Source: Rhodobiaceae bacterium (GTDB lineage: Bacteria > Pseudomonadota > Alphaproteobacteria > Rhizobiales > JAKPQE01). Taken from it: a stretch of 64,000 bases of DNA. Below, piece after piece: positions 16,669-25,946 of the stretch. Under the pieces are notes generated by a model, which saw only the letters and a list, made by a program, of their open reading frames with translations, searched no databases and had not been told where the DNA came from. Both the position numbers and the translations under genes were made by a program. Within the stretch, counting starts at the first letter, position 1; each line of letters opens with the position of its first letter. The stretch covers positions 6,025-70,024 of the forward strand of contig JANQEG010000027.1 of assembly GCA_028278505.1 (NCBI GenBank). Reading direction: 5' to 3'.

Positions 16669-17486
16669 GCATCCGCAACATTCTCGTCGCCTGCAATGAC
16701 GCCGAAGGCGCGCCGAACGCGCTTCTGTTCGGCGGCACGCTGGCCAAACGCCACGATGCCCATCTGACCGGGCTGCTGGCGACCGCGGCCCATGAATCCT
16801 ATGCCGCCGAAAGCCGCTGGATACCCGATGAGGTGCGCGCGATCATTGCCCGCGCCAACGCCGACGCCGCCGAGAGAATCGAAAAACGCTTTCGGGATTT
16901 CGGCGCCACGCTCGGTCTCGGCGACCGCCTCCACTTTGCGCGGGCCGAGGGCCGTGTCGACGCCGTTGTCGCGCAAATGGCGCGCAGTTTCGACATTCTC
17001 CTCCTCGACCAGCTCGCCAGCGACGTGGACGACCACCATTTGCTTCTCCATCCCGATCGGATCGCCCTGCAGAGCGGCCGTCCGGTCATGCTGGTGCCGA
17101 AGACCTTCGACACCGAAACGCGGTTTTCCAACGCGATTCTGGCCTGGGACGGCCGGCGCGCGGCCGCCCGCGCATTTGCCGATGCCCTCGACCTGCTGGA
17201 GCCGGGCGCAACACTCTCCATTCTCACGGTCGGTCAAATGAGATTGCCGCGCCCGGTCGAGGAAATCGCCGCGCAAGTCGCCCGCCATGGATTGACTCCC
17301 CTCCCCGCCCAACTGCCGGCGACGACTAACGAGGCAGAGGCGGTCCTCGATTTCTGTCGGGAGCAAAGCGCGGACCTGCTGATCATGGGGGCCTATGAGC
17401 ACAGCAAGTTCCGCACGGAAATCTTCGGCAGCATGTCGTCGACCGTTTTGCGGAAATGCCCGGCGCCGGTCATCATCTCCCACTAA
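16665..17486 (+). CDS. Universal stress protein (two UspA domains)
   Basis: [39 protein letters not shown]. Confidence 0.88.
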   Translation: MSIRNILVACNDAEGAPNALLFGGTLAKRHDAHLTGLLATAAHESYAAESRWIPDEVRAIIARANADAAERIEKRFRDFGATLGLGDRLHFARAEGRVDAVVAQMARSFDILLLDQLASDVDDHHLLLHPDRIALQSGRPVMLVPKTFDTETRFSNAILAWDGRRAAARAFADALDLLEPGATLSILTVGQMRLPRPVEEIAAQVARHGLTPLPAQLPATTNEAEAVLDFCREQSADLLIMGAYEHSKFRTEIFGSMSSTVLRKCPAPVIISH

Positions 17487-17498
17487 CGAGGGATCAGC

Positions 17499-17711
17499 AT
17501 GACGAAAACACCGGCCGACCACGTTACCGACGCAAAGGCGAGCCTGCTTTCCGCCAAGCAGGAACTTGCCGACCAGATCGCGAACTATCCCTCGCCGATC
17601 GCCGGCTGCGATGCGCAGTTCAACCATCTGCTCGCCGAACGGCGGCGGATCGATGCGGCGCTTACCGCACTTGGCGCCGAAATCCATATTCCGACGCCGC
17701 GTGCGCCCTAA
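17499..17711 (+). CDS. Small hypothetical protein (helix - [16 protein letters not shown] - helix)
   Basis: GAGGG RBS, tight packing between USP and dehydrogenase genes. Confidence 0.65.
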   Translation: MTKTPADHVTDAKASLLSAKQELADQIANYPSPIAGCDAQFNHLLAERRRIDAALTALGAEIHIPTPRAP

Positions 17712-17725
17712 AAAGGCTACCGCCG

Positions 17726-18724
17726 ATGCGCGTCTCCATCCTCGACGACTATTTCGATACGCTGCGCCGCCTGCCCTGCTTCCGAAAGCTCGACGGTTTC
17801 GACGTCACGGTGTGGACCGACCATGTCCAGGATAGGGACGCGCTTGTGGAGCGTTTGCGGGATACGGAAGTGCTCGTCCTTTTTCGCGAGCGCACGCGGA
17901 TCACCGGGGAATTGCTGGACCGGCTGCCCAAGCTGAAGCTCATCAGCCAGCGCAGCGTCTATCCGCACATCGACATTGAGGCCTGCACCCGCAACGGCGT
18001 GCTCGTTTCGTCCAACATGCACGCCGGCACGCCGTCCTATGCGGCAGCCGAACTGACCTGGGGCCTGATCCTTTCCGGCATGCGGCAGATCCCTGAGCAG
18101 ATGGCGTCGCTGAAGGCCGGGCACTGGCAGATGGGTGTCGGCCGGACGCTGCGTGGGCGGCTGCTCGGCCTTTATGGCTATGGCCGGATTGCGGGAGCCC
18201 TGGCCGGCTATGCCAAGGCGTTCGGAATGGACGTCGTCTGGTGGTCGTCGGAAGCGGGGCGCGCCAGGGCGATGGCCGCCGGAGAGACTATTGCCGCCTC
18301 CCGTGAAGCGTTCTTTGCCGAGCCCGACATCGTCAGCGTTCACGTGCGGCTGAAACCGACCACCCGCGGCATCATCACGAAGCGCGACCTTGCCGAAATG
18401 CGTCCCGACGCCCTCTTCGTCAACACCTCGCGGGCCGGTCTGGTCGAGGACGGCGCGCTCTTGGCCGCGCTCAATGCCGGCCGGCCCGGACAGGCCGCGA
18501 TCGATGTCTTCGACATCGAGCCGGTAACCGATCCGGCCGATCCGCTGCTTTCGCACAAAAACGTCATTGCGACCCCGCATATCGGCTACGTCACAGAAGA
18601 CGAGTTCGAGCTGCAGTTTTCGGACATTTTCGATCAGATCACCGCCTATGCCGAGGGCGCGCCGATCCACATGATCAATCCGGAAGTGTGGGCGTCGAGG
18701 GTGTCAATCGGCATTGAAATCTGA
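17726..18724 (+). CDS. D-2-hydroxyacid dehydrogenase family protein
   Basis: [41 protein letters not shown]. Confidence 0.9.
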   Translation: MRVSILDDYFDTLRRLPCFRKLDGFDVTVWTDHVQDRDALVERLRDTEVLVLFRERTRITGELLDRLPKLKLISQRSVYPHIDIEACTRNGVLVSSNMHAGTPSYAAAELTWGLILSGMRQIPEQMASLKAGHWQMGVGRTLRGRLLGLYGYGRIAGALAGYAKAFGMDVVWWSSEAGRARAMAAGETIAASREAFFAEPDIVSVHVRLKPTTRGIITKRDLAEMRPDALFVNTSRAGLVEDGALLAALNAGRPGQAAIDVFDIEPVTDPADPLLSHKNVIATPHIGYVTEDEFELQFSDIFDQITAYAEGAPIHMINPEVWASRVSIGIEI

Positions 18725-18756
18725 TCCCTTACCGGCGTCCAAAAGTGACCGCTTTG
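18702..18756 (+). mobile_element. Orphan IS21-family terminal inverted repeat
   Basis: TGTCAATCGGCATTGAAATCTGATCCC-TTA-CCGGCGTCCAAAAGTGACCGC: TG start and two tandem CGGC..AA..TGA.C units as in IS21 ends; no istA/istB in window. Confidence 0.6.
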
Positions 18757-18763
18757 ATTGCGG

Positions 18764-18841
18764 TTTAGGTCCGGCGGTAGCACCCGCCCGATGCTCTTTC
18801 ACAATCCCAATGATCTGTTCTTCCGCCACCCTGGCTCGCAT
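18764..18841 (-). pseudogene. IS3-family OrfA N-terminal fragment
   Basis: MRARVAEEQIIGIVKEHRAGATA resembles the IS3 OrfA start (..RFSEEQIIGILKEHEAG..); similarity then stops. Confidence 0.7.
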
Positions 18842-18922
18842 CCGTTCCGCCGTCTGCCGCATTCTTGTCGCCGGCGCAATCGTTCTCGATCCGGGCCGTA
18901 AAAAGTCCTTTGCAATCGCTTG

Positions 18923-18936
18923 TGTTATCGATAACA
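18923..18936. promoter_or_regulatory. GntR (LacI-family) operator TGTTATCGATAACA
   Basis: Perfect palindrome upstream of lactonase; fits the ATGTTA-N4-TAACAT GntR consensus; 4 copies in cluster. Confidence 0.8.
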
Positions 18937-19051
18937 TAATCACCCGATACCAACACGCGAACCTGCCGAACGCCGCCGATAGCTCGGCCCTGCCCCGTCG
19001 GACCCGGCAATTTCTCAGGAACCGCTCGATTTTCCGGATAGGACTGCACAG

Positions 19052-20179
19052 ATGATGGAACGGGATTATTCGCTGCTTGTGGGCAGCTACAGTGATCTGG
19101 ACGCGCTGGCCCACCAGCCCTATGCGCCGGTCCCGGGCAAGGGAATCTATGCGATGACGCTGAGCGGAGACGGCAAGCTCCGGCTCAACGATGTCACCGA
19201 GGCGCTCAATCCGGCCGTCCTCATCCCCCACAGCAACGGAAAAACCCTCTACGCCATCGTCGAGACCATTCAGGACGAGGGCGACGTCCTGCGCTACTCG
19301 GTCAATGGCGACGGCACCCTCGCCTATCGGGACAGCTTCCGCGCCTCGGGCCGGTCCACCTGCTATCTGGCGCTTTCGCCGAACAAGGATGCGGCGATCG
19401 TCATCAATTACTGGGACGCCATCATCGACATTGCCGATGTCGATGCCGATGGCCGGCTCGGCGAACTGCGCCAGAGCTTCCGCCAGCACCATCGCGGCGA
19501 CGGCGAATGGCGCCAGGTCGAGAACCGCGAGGACCATTGGGGCAATCGCCAGGTCGGACCGCACGCCCATTGCGCCCATTTCTGGCGTTCGTGGGTGTTC
19601 ATCCCGGATCTGGGCGAAAACGCCGTCTTCCAGTACCGCTATGATGCCGAAGCAAAGAGACTGAGCCGCGAAACCTACATTTCGTTCGAGGCCGGCTCGG
19701 GCCCGCGCCACATGGCCATGCACCCGGAGCTCGACATCTGCTACGTCTCCAACGAGCTCTTCAACACGGTCTGCGTCGCCCGTCTCGACGGCAGCGACCC
19801 CGACGCCGTCAAACCGCGCCTCGTGCCGGTGCAATACGAATCGACCCTCGATGACCGCGAACAGACGAGCTACGTTTCTGAGATAAAGCTCTCGCCGGAC
19901 GCCCGCTTCCTCTACGTCTCCAATCGCGGCGACAATTCGCTCGCGATCTTCAAGGTGCTCGGTGACGGCGGTCTGGCGCGCACCGGCCTAGTGCCGACCG
20001 GCGGCAAGTTCCCGCGCCATTTCGCGATTTCGCCCTGCGGCAAGGTGGTGATCGTCGCCAACCAGGACTCGGGGCACATCCGCGTGTTTTCGCGCGACGT
20101 GGAGACCGGCGCGCTGACCATGACCGACGAGATCTTCGAGATCCCCGCGCCGAACTACATCCGCTTCGTCAACGTCTGA
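19052..20179 (+). CDS. Lactonase, 6-phosphogluconolactonase/YbhE beta-propeller family
   Basis: RQVGPHAH, PDLG, GSGPRH, LYVSNRGDNS, GKFPRHF, VANQDS. Confidence 0.87.
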   Translation: MMERDYSLLVGSYSDLDALAHQPYAPVPGKGIYAMTLSGDGKLRLNDVTEALNPAVLIPHSNGKTLYAIVETIQDEGDVLRYSVNGDGTLAYRDSFRASGRSTCYLALSPNKDAAIVINYWDAIIDIADVDADGRLGELRQSFRQHHRGDGEWRQVENREDHWGNRQVGPHAHCAHFWRSWVFIPDLGENAVFQYRYDAEAKRLSRETYISFEAGSGPRHMAMHPELDICYVSNELFNTVCVARLDGSDPDAVKPRLVPVQYESTLDDREQTSYVSEIKLSPDARFLYVSNRGDNSLAIFKVLGDGGLARTGLVPTGGKFPRHFAISPCGKVVIVANQDSGHIRVFSRDVETGALTMTDEIFEIPAPNYIRFVNV

Positions 20180-20216
20180 CCTTGGATTTGCGGTCCCGCG
20201 GGCCGAAGGGGCAAAA

Positions 20217-20987
20217 ATGCCGAAATTCTCCGCCAATCTCGGGTTCCTCTGGACCGAAATTCCGCTACCGGACGCAATCCGCGCCGCCAAATCCGCCGGC
20301 TTCGACGCGGTCGAGTGCCATTGGCCCTATGATTTCGACGTTGTCGATGTCAAAGCGGCGCTGGCCGAGACCGGTTTCGCCATGATCGGCATCAACACGC
20401 GGCTCGGCGTCAACGGCCCGGCCGATTTCGGCGTCACCGCCATGCCCGGGCGCGAAGCCGAGGCCCGCGGTTATATCGACGAGGCGGTCGCCTATGCCGC
20501 GGCCATCGGCTGCCGCAATATCCACGCGGTTGCCGGCAAGACCGGCGGCACGCGCGAGGCCGAGGCCGTCTATCGGGAAAACCTCGCCTATGCCTGCGAG
20601 AAGGCCGCGCCGCACGGCATTTCCATCCTGGTTGAGCCGATCAACCAGCGCGACGCACCGGGATTTCATGTCAGCATCATCGAGCGGGCGCTGGAGACGA
20701 TCGACGCCGTCGGCGCCGAAAACCTCAAGCTGATGTTCGACTGCTATCACGCCCAGATCATGCAGGGCGATTTGATCACGCGGCTCAAGTCGGTTCTTCC
20801 CCATGTCGGCCATATCCAGTTTGCCGCCGTGCCCGATCGCGGCGAGCCCGACGAGGGCGAGGTCAACTATCCGTGGCTCTTTGCGGCAATCGACGAGATT
20901 GGCTGGACCGGATATCTGGGCGCCGAATACCGCCCGCGCGGGACAACCGAAGAGGGGTTGGGCTGGCTGCGGGGTTATGCGGGGTAG
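20217..20987 (+). CDS. Hydroxypyruvate isomerase (Hyi/OtnI) family TIM-barrel protein
   Basis: MPKFSANL, GFDAVE, LVEPIN, MFDCYH, HIQFA..PDRGEP, GAEYRP. Confidence 0.9.
   Translation: MPKFSANLGFLWTEIPLPDAIRAAKSAGFDAVECHWPYDFDVVDVKAALAETGFAMIGINTRLGVNGPADFGVTAMPGREAEARGYIDEAVAYAAAIGCRNIHAVAGKTGGTREAEAVYRENLAYACEKAAPHGISILVEPINQRDAPGFHVSIIERALETIDAVGAENLKLMFDCYHAQIMQGDLITRLKSVLPHVGHIQFAAVPDRGEPDEGEVNYPWLFAAIDEIGWTGYLGAEYRPRGTTEEGLGWLRGYAG
20855..20971 (+). repeat. Copy 1 of 117-bp imperfect direct repeat (3' end of hyi-family gene)
   Basis: Aligns without gaps to 22169-22285. Confidence 0.9.
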
Positions 20988-21008
20988 TTTGCCCCCCGCT
21001 GAAACGCC

Positions 21009-21503
21009 TCAGAACGTCGGATTGTTGTTCGCGATTGTGCCGCCTGACACCAGAACCAGGACTCTGGTAAAGAAGTCGATGGGTTGAAGCGCATCCCAGT
21101 GCTCCGCCAGCTTCCCATTCTCGATCCTGAACGTATCGGTGATGATGAATCCCTTTGCTTCGTTGCCGCGATGCTCTGCTTTGAGCGTGGCATGGCTGTG
21201 CAAGACCACGAAGTCTCCGCTGGAAATGATCCGCTTCACGTCGAAGGAATAAGCCGGGAACCGCTTCACGATCGTTCTGATATAGCCAACCAGGCCGGAA
21301 ATCTGATCCGGAATGGCGCGGTTGTGCTGGATGTACGATCCATCGCCATAGGTGCGAAGCGTGTATTCGAAATCGTGTTCGTTCATCAGGCGCTGGAAGA
21401 AATCGACAACAAGGGCTGCGTTGTCCCTTTCCTGTTCTGTCCAGTGTTCCTGCACATGGTCGTCCAGGGAAATCACCGGTGTCGTACTCCGCGAGGCCAC
21501 CAT
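21009..21503 (-). CDS. SnoaL/NTF2-like protein
   Basis: YIQHN, GDFVVLHSH, DTFRIENGKLAEHWD. Confidence 0.85.
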   Translation of the reverse strand: MVASRSTTPVISLDDHVQEHWTEQERDNAALVVDFFQRLMNEHDFEYTLRTYGDGSYIQHNRAIPDQISGLVGYIRTIVKRFPAYSFDVKRIISSGDFVVLHSHATLKAEHRGNEAKGFIITDTFRIENGKLAEHWDALQPIDFFTRVLVLVSGGTIANNNPTF

Positions 21504-21731
21504 TTGATCGTTTTCCTTTCTCCGAAATTGGGGACTGAACCGTTCGCTGGCATCCCGGAGCAGCGCTCGGTCAGATCATGGCAATATCTGGTATCCAAAA
21601 CGCACCAATAGTCAATTACGCACTTTTATGACACTTGGTTTGTTCAATGATACCAGTCATTAATATGAGCCTTGAAATTCGCGAAATTGGTATGATAATC
21701 GGTTTTGGTATTTTACGTGCACCGAGGCCCT

Positions 21732-22109
21732 ATGCTTCCCATTGGCGTCGAAAACAAAGGCCAAGCGCTGAACTGTCCGATTCGTTCCGTCCTTGCGAAC
21801 GTCACGGGCAAATGGCGCGTCATTATCATCCTTGCATTGGAGGATGGCCCCAAGCGATTCGGCGCGATGAAGCGCTGCATCGGCGACATCACGCAGCGCG
21901 TGCTGACCGAAAACCTGCGCAGCCTTCAACGTGACGGATACCTCACCCGCACCGTCGATCCGGGACCGCCCGTCGCGGTTTCCTATGAACTGACGCCGCT
22001 CGGACAGCGTTTCCTGGAGATGATAAAGCCGCTCGTTTTTTGGTCAAACGACCACATGGAGCAGGTCAGACGCGCGCGGATGGAATACGACCGGACAGAG
22101 CGAAGGTAA
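21732..22109 (+). CDS. HxlR-family winged-helix transcriptional regulator
   Basis: CPI..L....GKW..II, RF, ITQRVLTENLRSL, PPVAVSYELTPLG. Confidence 0.9.
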   Translation: MLPIGVENKGQALNCPIRSVLANVTGKWRVIIILALEDGPKRFGAMKRCIGDITQRVLTENLRSLQRDGYLTRTVDPGPPVAVSYELTPLGQRFLEMIKPLVFWSNDHMEQVRRARMEYDRTERR

Positions 22110-22168
22110 TGTCGACCGGTTTTCGGCCAACAAAATACGAACGCGCCAAAGAAACGGTGTCGGGGTTG

Positions 22169-22298
22169 GGGCGAGGTAAACTATCCGTGGCTTTTTGAGG
22201 CCATCGACGAGGTGGGCTGGACCGGCTATCTGGGCGCCGAATACCGCCCGCGCGGGACGACGGAGGAGGGGTTAGGCTGGTTGCGCGCGTGCCGATAG
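22169..22298 (+). pseudogene. Displaced 3' fragment of a hyi-family gene (copy 2 of direct repeat)
   Basis: Translates [42 protein letters not shown]; no start codon or upstream portion. Confidence 0.85.
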
Positions 22299-22313
22299 CC
22301 GCAGAATCGTCGA

Positions 22314-22403
22314 GTGCGTTAGCACAGCGTAACGCACCAACATCAGGCAAGTGCGGCATCTCGAAAAACGATGCGTTACGCCGCCGGCGCGGCTAACGCA
22401 CCC
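22314..22403. repeat. REP doublet (REPIN-like), GTGCGTTAGC..GCGTAACGCAC type
   Basis: Two imperfect palindromes (22314-22337, 22370-22403) in inverted orientation. Confidence 0.7.
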
Positions 22404-22635
22404 TGGGTTTGGTTATATCCCCTGTCGTTTGTATTCTACTTTGTACATTGCGGCAGTAAGTAATTTATGTTGCAAAATTCAGAATCACCCCACCATCACA
22501 AATCTATTCTGATAAAATACTTTATGCAAATAAATATTTTAGCATGGTCACAAACTCCTGGAAGTTGTCATCTAAATATGCAACTATGAAGGGTGTTTGC
22601 TTTGGATTGCAGACACCATAGACTGGGAGCAAGCT

Positions 22636-22983
22636 ATGAATTTCTACTCTTTTAAGGCGCTTTGTTTCGCGTCTCTCATGGTAACACTGGGTACGAGCAA
22701 CGCTGAAGTTGCAGCGGAAATCGTCACCTCCGAAGACACAGTGGTCAGCACACAGTCTGGCGACAACTGTGCCATTCTGAACTTGGCATGCCCAGAACTG
22801 CGGGGAACGATCGTGGAAGTGAAGGTCATTTCAGGCGCTGGGTTGCCGATGGAGATCATTTGCGTCAAGGGATCCGGGCCCGGAACGTGCAACACCTACA
22901 AAATTCAGGCGTGCCGACCCGAAGCCCCCATTGACAAACATGGTGTCACCGCACGAATTTACTGCTCTAGAGAAGCGCAGTAG
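22636..22983 (+). CDS. Small secreted cysteine-rich hypothetical protein
   Basis: GGGAG RBS, signal-peptide-like N-terminus, six Cys in mature part, AT-rich context. Confidence 0.55.
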   Translation: MNFYSFKALCFASLMVTLGTSNAEVAAEIVTSEDTVVSTQSGDNCAILNLACPELRGTIVEVKVISGAGLPMEIICVKGSGPGTCNTYKIQACRPEAPIDKHGVTARIYCSREAQ

Positions 22984-23576
22984 GAAACTAGTATCGGCGG
23001 CCGTTTTGATGGAACGTCGTGGTAGACTCGTAAGAATTGCAGGCGATGGCTGAGGATTTGGCGCATGTTGTTGAGTGCGCTTCACACGGACTGACTTCCT
23101 TGAGTTGTTGCGCACAGGATGAATAGCGGGCTGACCACCAAAGGGAACCCGGTCAGAGGATACTTGGTGGTTACTAGGGGCTACTTTATCGGGCAATGAG
23201 GTCGTGTAGTAAATACGCCAAGGCGGACATTAGTCTTACTGCTGATAGATCAATCGACTAGGTGCCAAATTGAGCCATTTTTGGGAATACTTCTATGTCT
23301 TGATCATCGATCCAAAACGGCAGCTTACAAATCGTAATCGCTCCATTCTTCGTCGAGTGCCGCAGGCGGTGGTCGTTGCCCAAAGAAGGCCTGCCTGCCA
23401 ACGCCGGCGTAAAAAAATTGAACCCCTGAGCGGCCGGTTTGCCTGATCGCGGCGAAGGAAGATTCCACCACTCATTACCGTCTTGGTATCAGGGGAACCG
23501 ATTCGGAAGGCGGCGGGAAATGTATCAAATGGATCTTTGCCGGAGGGTTCGGCTTGCCAGTCATCATGAGGGTCTA

Positions 23577-24625
23577 GAGTCTTGGGCAATCAGGTTGGGT
23601 CATATCCTGCGTGTCTGACATAGTTGGCGCATTCGTGGTCCGAGACGGCTTGGAGTGCGGATTTGAGGGCATCGCAGAGCGTATCGAAACAGCGCGCAGC
23701 CGCACCGCGGACGATGGATTTGAGCTTTGCGAACAGCATTTCGATGGGATTGAGATCAGGCGAGTAGGCCGGCAGGAAGCGCAGCTCGGCGCCGCGCGCC
23801 TCGATCGCCTTGCGGGCGGCGGCGTTCTTGTGGACGCTGAGATTGTCGCAGATCACCATGTCGCCTGGCTTGAGCGTTGGGGCGAGCGCCTGTTCGACCC
23901 AGACGGCGAAGGTTGCGCCGTTGATTGGGCCGGGGATCAGCATCGGCGCGTCGATGCGGTCGCTGCGCAGAGCCGCGATAAAAGTGTTGTTGTGCCACTT
24001 CCCGTGCGCAACGGCGCCGATGCAGGGCGCGCCGCGCACGCAGCGTCCGCGCGACCGCGTCATCTTGGTGTCGAAGCCGCTCTCGTCGATGAAGACGAGC
24101 GAGCGGCCATCAAGCTCTTTCATCCCCGCGCGCCAGTCCGCCCGGGCTTCGGCGAGGTCGTCGCGTTGCCGCTCGGCGGCAATGATCGTCTTTTTTTACG
24201 CGTGACGTTGTGGCGGGCCAGCAGGCGACCCACCGCCCATCCGGAGGTCTCGACATCCTCTTGCGCCAGACGCGTCACGATCTCATGCAGGAAGATGTCC
24301 GGCGTCTCCTCGACCAGTGCGAGGATTTTCGTCGCATGGGCCTCCAGCGCCTGTGAGCGCCGATCGCCGCCCATCGGCAGGGCCTCGGCGCGGCTTTCAA
24401 CACGCCAGATCGCCGCCCAGCGGGTCGCCGTCGAGCGCGCCACCAGAAGACGCCGACCCGCCGCGCTCGCCGACATTCCTTCTTCAAGCAACGCCACAAA
24501 GCGGCGACGCAAATCTCCCGAATACGGTTTTCCCATCCAAGCCGACCTCCTTCCGGCCAGCAGCTTGAATCAGAAAATCAAACAGATGGGAATCCCGCGC
24601 GACTCAAATCGGTCGCTCAGGACTC
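23577..24625 (-). mobile_element. IS630-family insertion sequence
   Basis: Imperfect TIRs GAGTCTTGGGCAATC / GAGTCCTGAGCGACC, TA on both flanks (23575-76, 24626-27), HTH and DDE ORFs. Confidence 0.93.
23590..24536 (-). CDS. IS630 transposase, two ORFs joined by -1 frameshift
   Basis: MGKPYSGDLR HTH ORF; FIDESG, DNLSVHK, LPAYSPDLNPIE DDE ORF; A7 run at 24191-24197 gives TRKKKTIIAAER in the -1 frame. Confidence 0.88.
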
Positions 24626-24793
24626 TAAGTAAACGAAAGGCTGCCAAGTGTCTTTTGGCGCGTCCGCTCAGGGTCACTGTTGGTCGATTCCTTCTGCCTG
24701 CGACAGACAGCTTCTCGACCACACCCGGCCCTCAGCCTCCCACCCGCCACTCGACACGCCACCCTGGCGCCTCTCCCCCGCGCCCCTAAACCC

Positions 24794-25660
24794 TCACGCC
24801 GATCCGCGCTTTTCCAGCCACAGATAGTAGGCGGAGTGATCGAGGTCGCCGCCGTCGAAGTCTTCGACCAGGCTGCGGAAGCCGGCCTCGGCGGCGTCGG
24901 CGAGCGGCAGCTTCAGGCCGGCTTCACCGGCTACGGCGAGCGCATTGTGGATATCCTTCAATTGCGATCGGGACCTGCCGCCGGGCGCGAAGTCGCGCTT
25001 CACCATGCGCTCTCCGTGCAGTTCAAGGATGCGGCTGTCGGCGAAGCCGCCGCGCAGGGCCGTGCGCAATATGGCGGGATCGCAGCCGGCGCTCTCGCCG
25101 AGCTTGAAGGCTTCGGCGACGGCGCCGATGGTGATCGCGACGATCAACTGGTTGGCGAGCTTGGCCGACTGGCCGGCGCCGAGCGGCCCGATCAAATTCG
25201 GCCGGCCCATCGACTGAAGCACCGGCCGGGCGCGCTTCATGTCGGCCGCCTCGCCGCCGACGAAGATGGTGAGCGTCGCGGCCTCGGCGCCGGCGACGCC
25301 GCCGGAGACCGGGGCGTCCAGAAAGCGCACGCCCCGCGCGGCCGCGATCCCGGCCAGCTTGCGGTCGCGGTCCGGCTCGACCGAGCCCATGTCGATGATC
25401 AGGCTGCCGGGGGACACCGCGTCGATGACGCCGTCATCGACCAGCACCGTCGTCGTCACCGGCCCGTCATAGAGCATGGTGATGACGATGTCGGCCTCGG
25501 CGACGGCGTCCGCCGGCGTTTGATGAACCGTGGCGATATCGTCGAGCTGCTCGGCCTTGTCGGGGCTTCTATTCCAGATGTGGAGGTCGTGCCCGGCGGC
25601 GGCGAGGTTGCGCACCATCGGCGCGCCCATCAATCCGGTTCCGAGAAACGCCACCCGCAT
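24794..25660 (-). CDS. NAD(P)-dependent beta-hydroxyacid dehydrogenase (2-hydroxy-3-oxopropionate reductase-like)
   Basis: FLGTGLMGAPM, FLDAPVSGG, AKLANQ, GGFADSRILELHG, QLKD. Confidence 0.9.
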   Translation of the reverse strand: MRVAFLGTGLMGAPMVRNLAAAGHDLHIWNRSPDKAEQLDDIATVHQTPADAVAEADIVITMLYDGPVTTTVLVDDGVIDAVSPGSLIIDMGSVEPDRDRKLAGIAAARGVRFLDAPVSGGVAGAEAATLTIFVGGEAADMKRARPVLQSMGRPNLIGPLGAGQSAKLANQLIVAITIGAVAEAFKLGESAGCDPAILRTALRGGFADSRILELHGERMVKRDFAPGGRSRSQLKDIHNALAVAGEAGLKLPLADAAEAGFRSLVEDFDGGDLDHSAYYLWLEKRGSA

Positions 25661-25679
25661 CCCATTGCTCCTTCGTTTA

Positions 25680-25946
25680 GAGCGTGTCATGGCTATATTG
25701 AACCATTCTGCCGGAGACGGTTTGGTTCAAGGTCAAGGGCTTTGGCGACGGGCGTACCGGCAGTACGGCCGAGACAAAGCCCGCAGGATTTGGGCCAAAC
25801 CGGTCCGGCCCTTCGGATTTCATTTCGGCGGGCGCCCGCGGTGTCGCGGCTTTTGCCCGGAGCCCCACTCCGCGCTGCAAGCCGCTCCTGGCGGATCGCC
25901 TCGCCGGAATGAAACAGAATTGATCCAAGCTAGCCATGACACGCTC
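25680..25946. mobile_element. MITE-like element with ~31-bp TIRs, TA target
   Basis: GAGCGTGTCATGGCTATATTGAACCATTCTG vs revcomp GAGCGTGTCATGGCTAGCTTGGATCAATTCTG; TA at 25678-79 and 25947-48. Confidence 0.8.

Noticed and set aside
23293-23589. 98-aa ORF next to IS630
   Set aside because: Starts inside the IS TIR and has no recognisable motifs; likely spurious.
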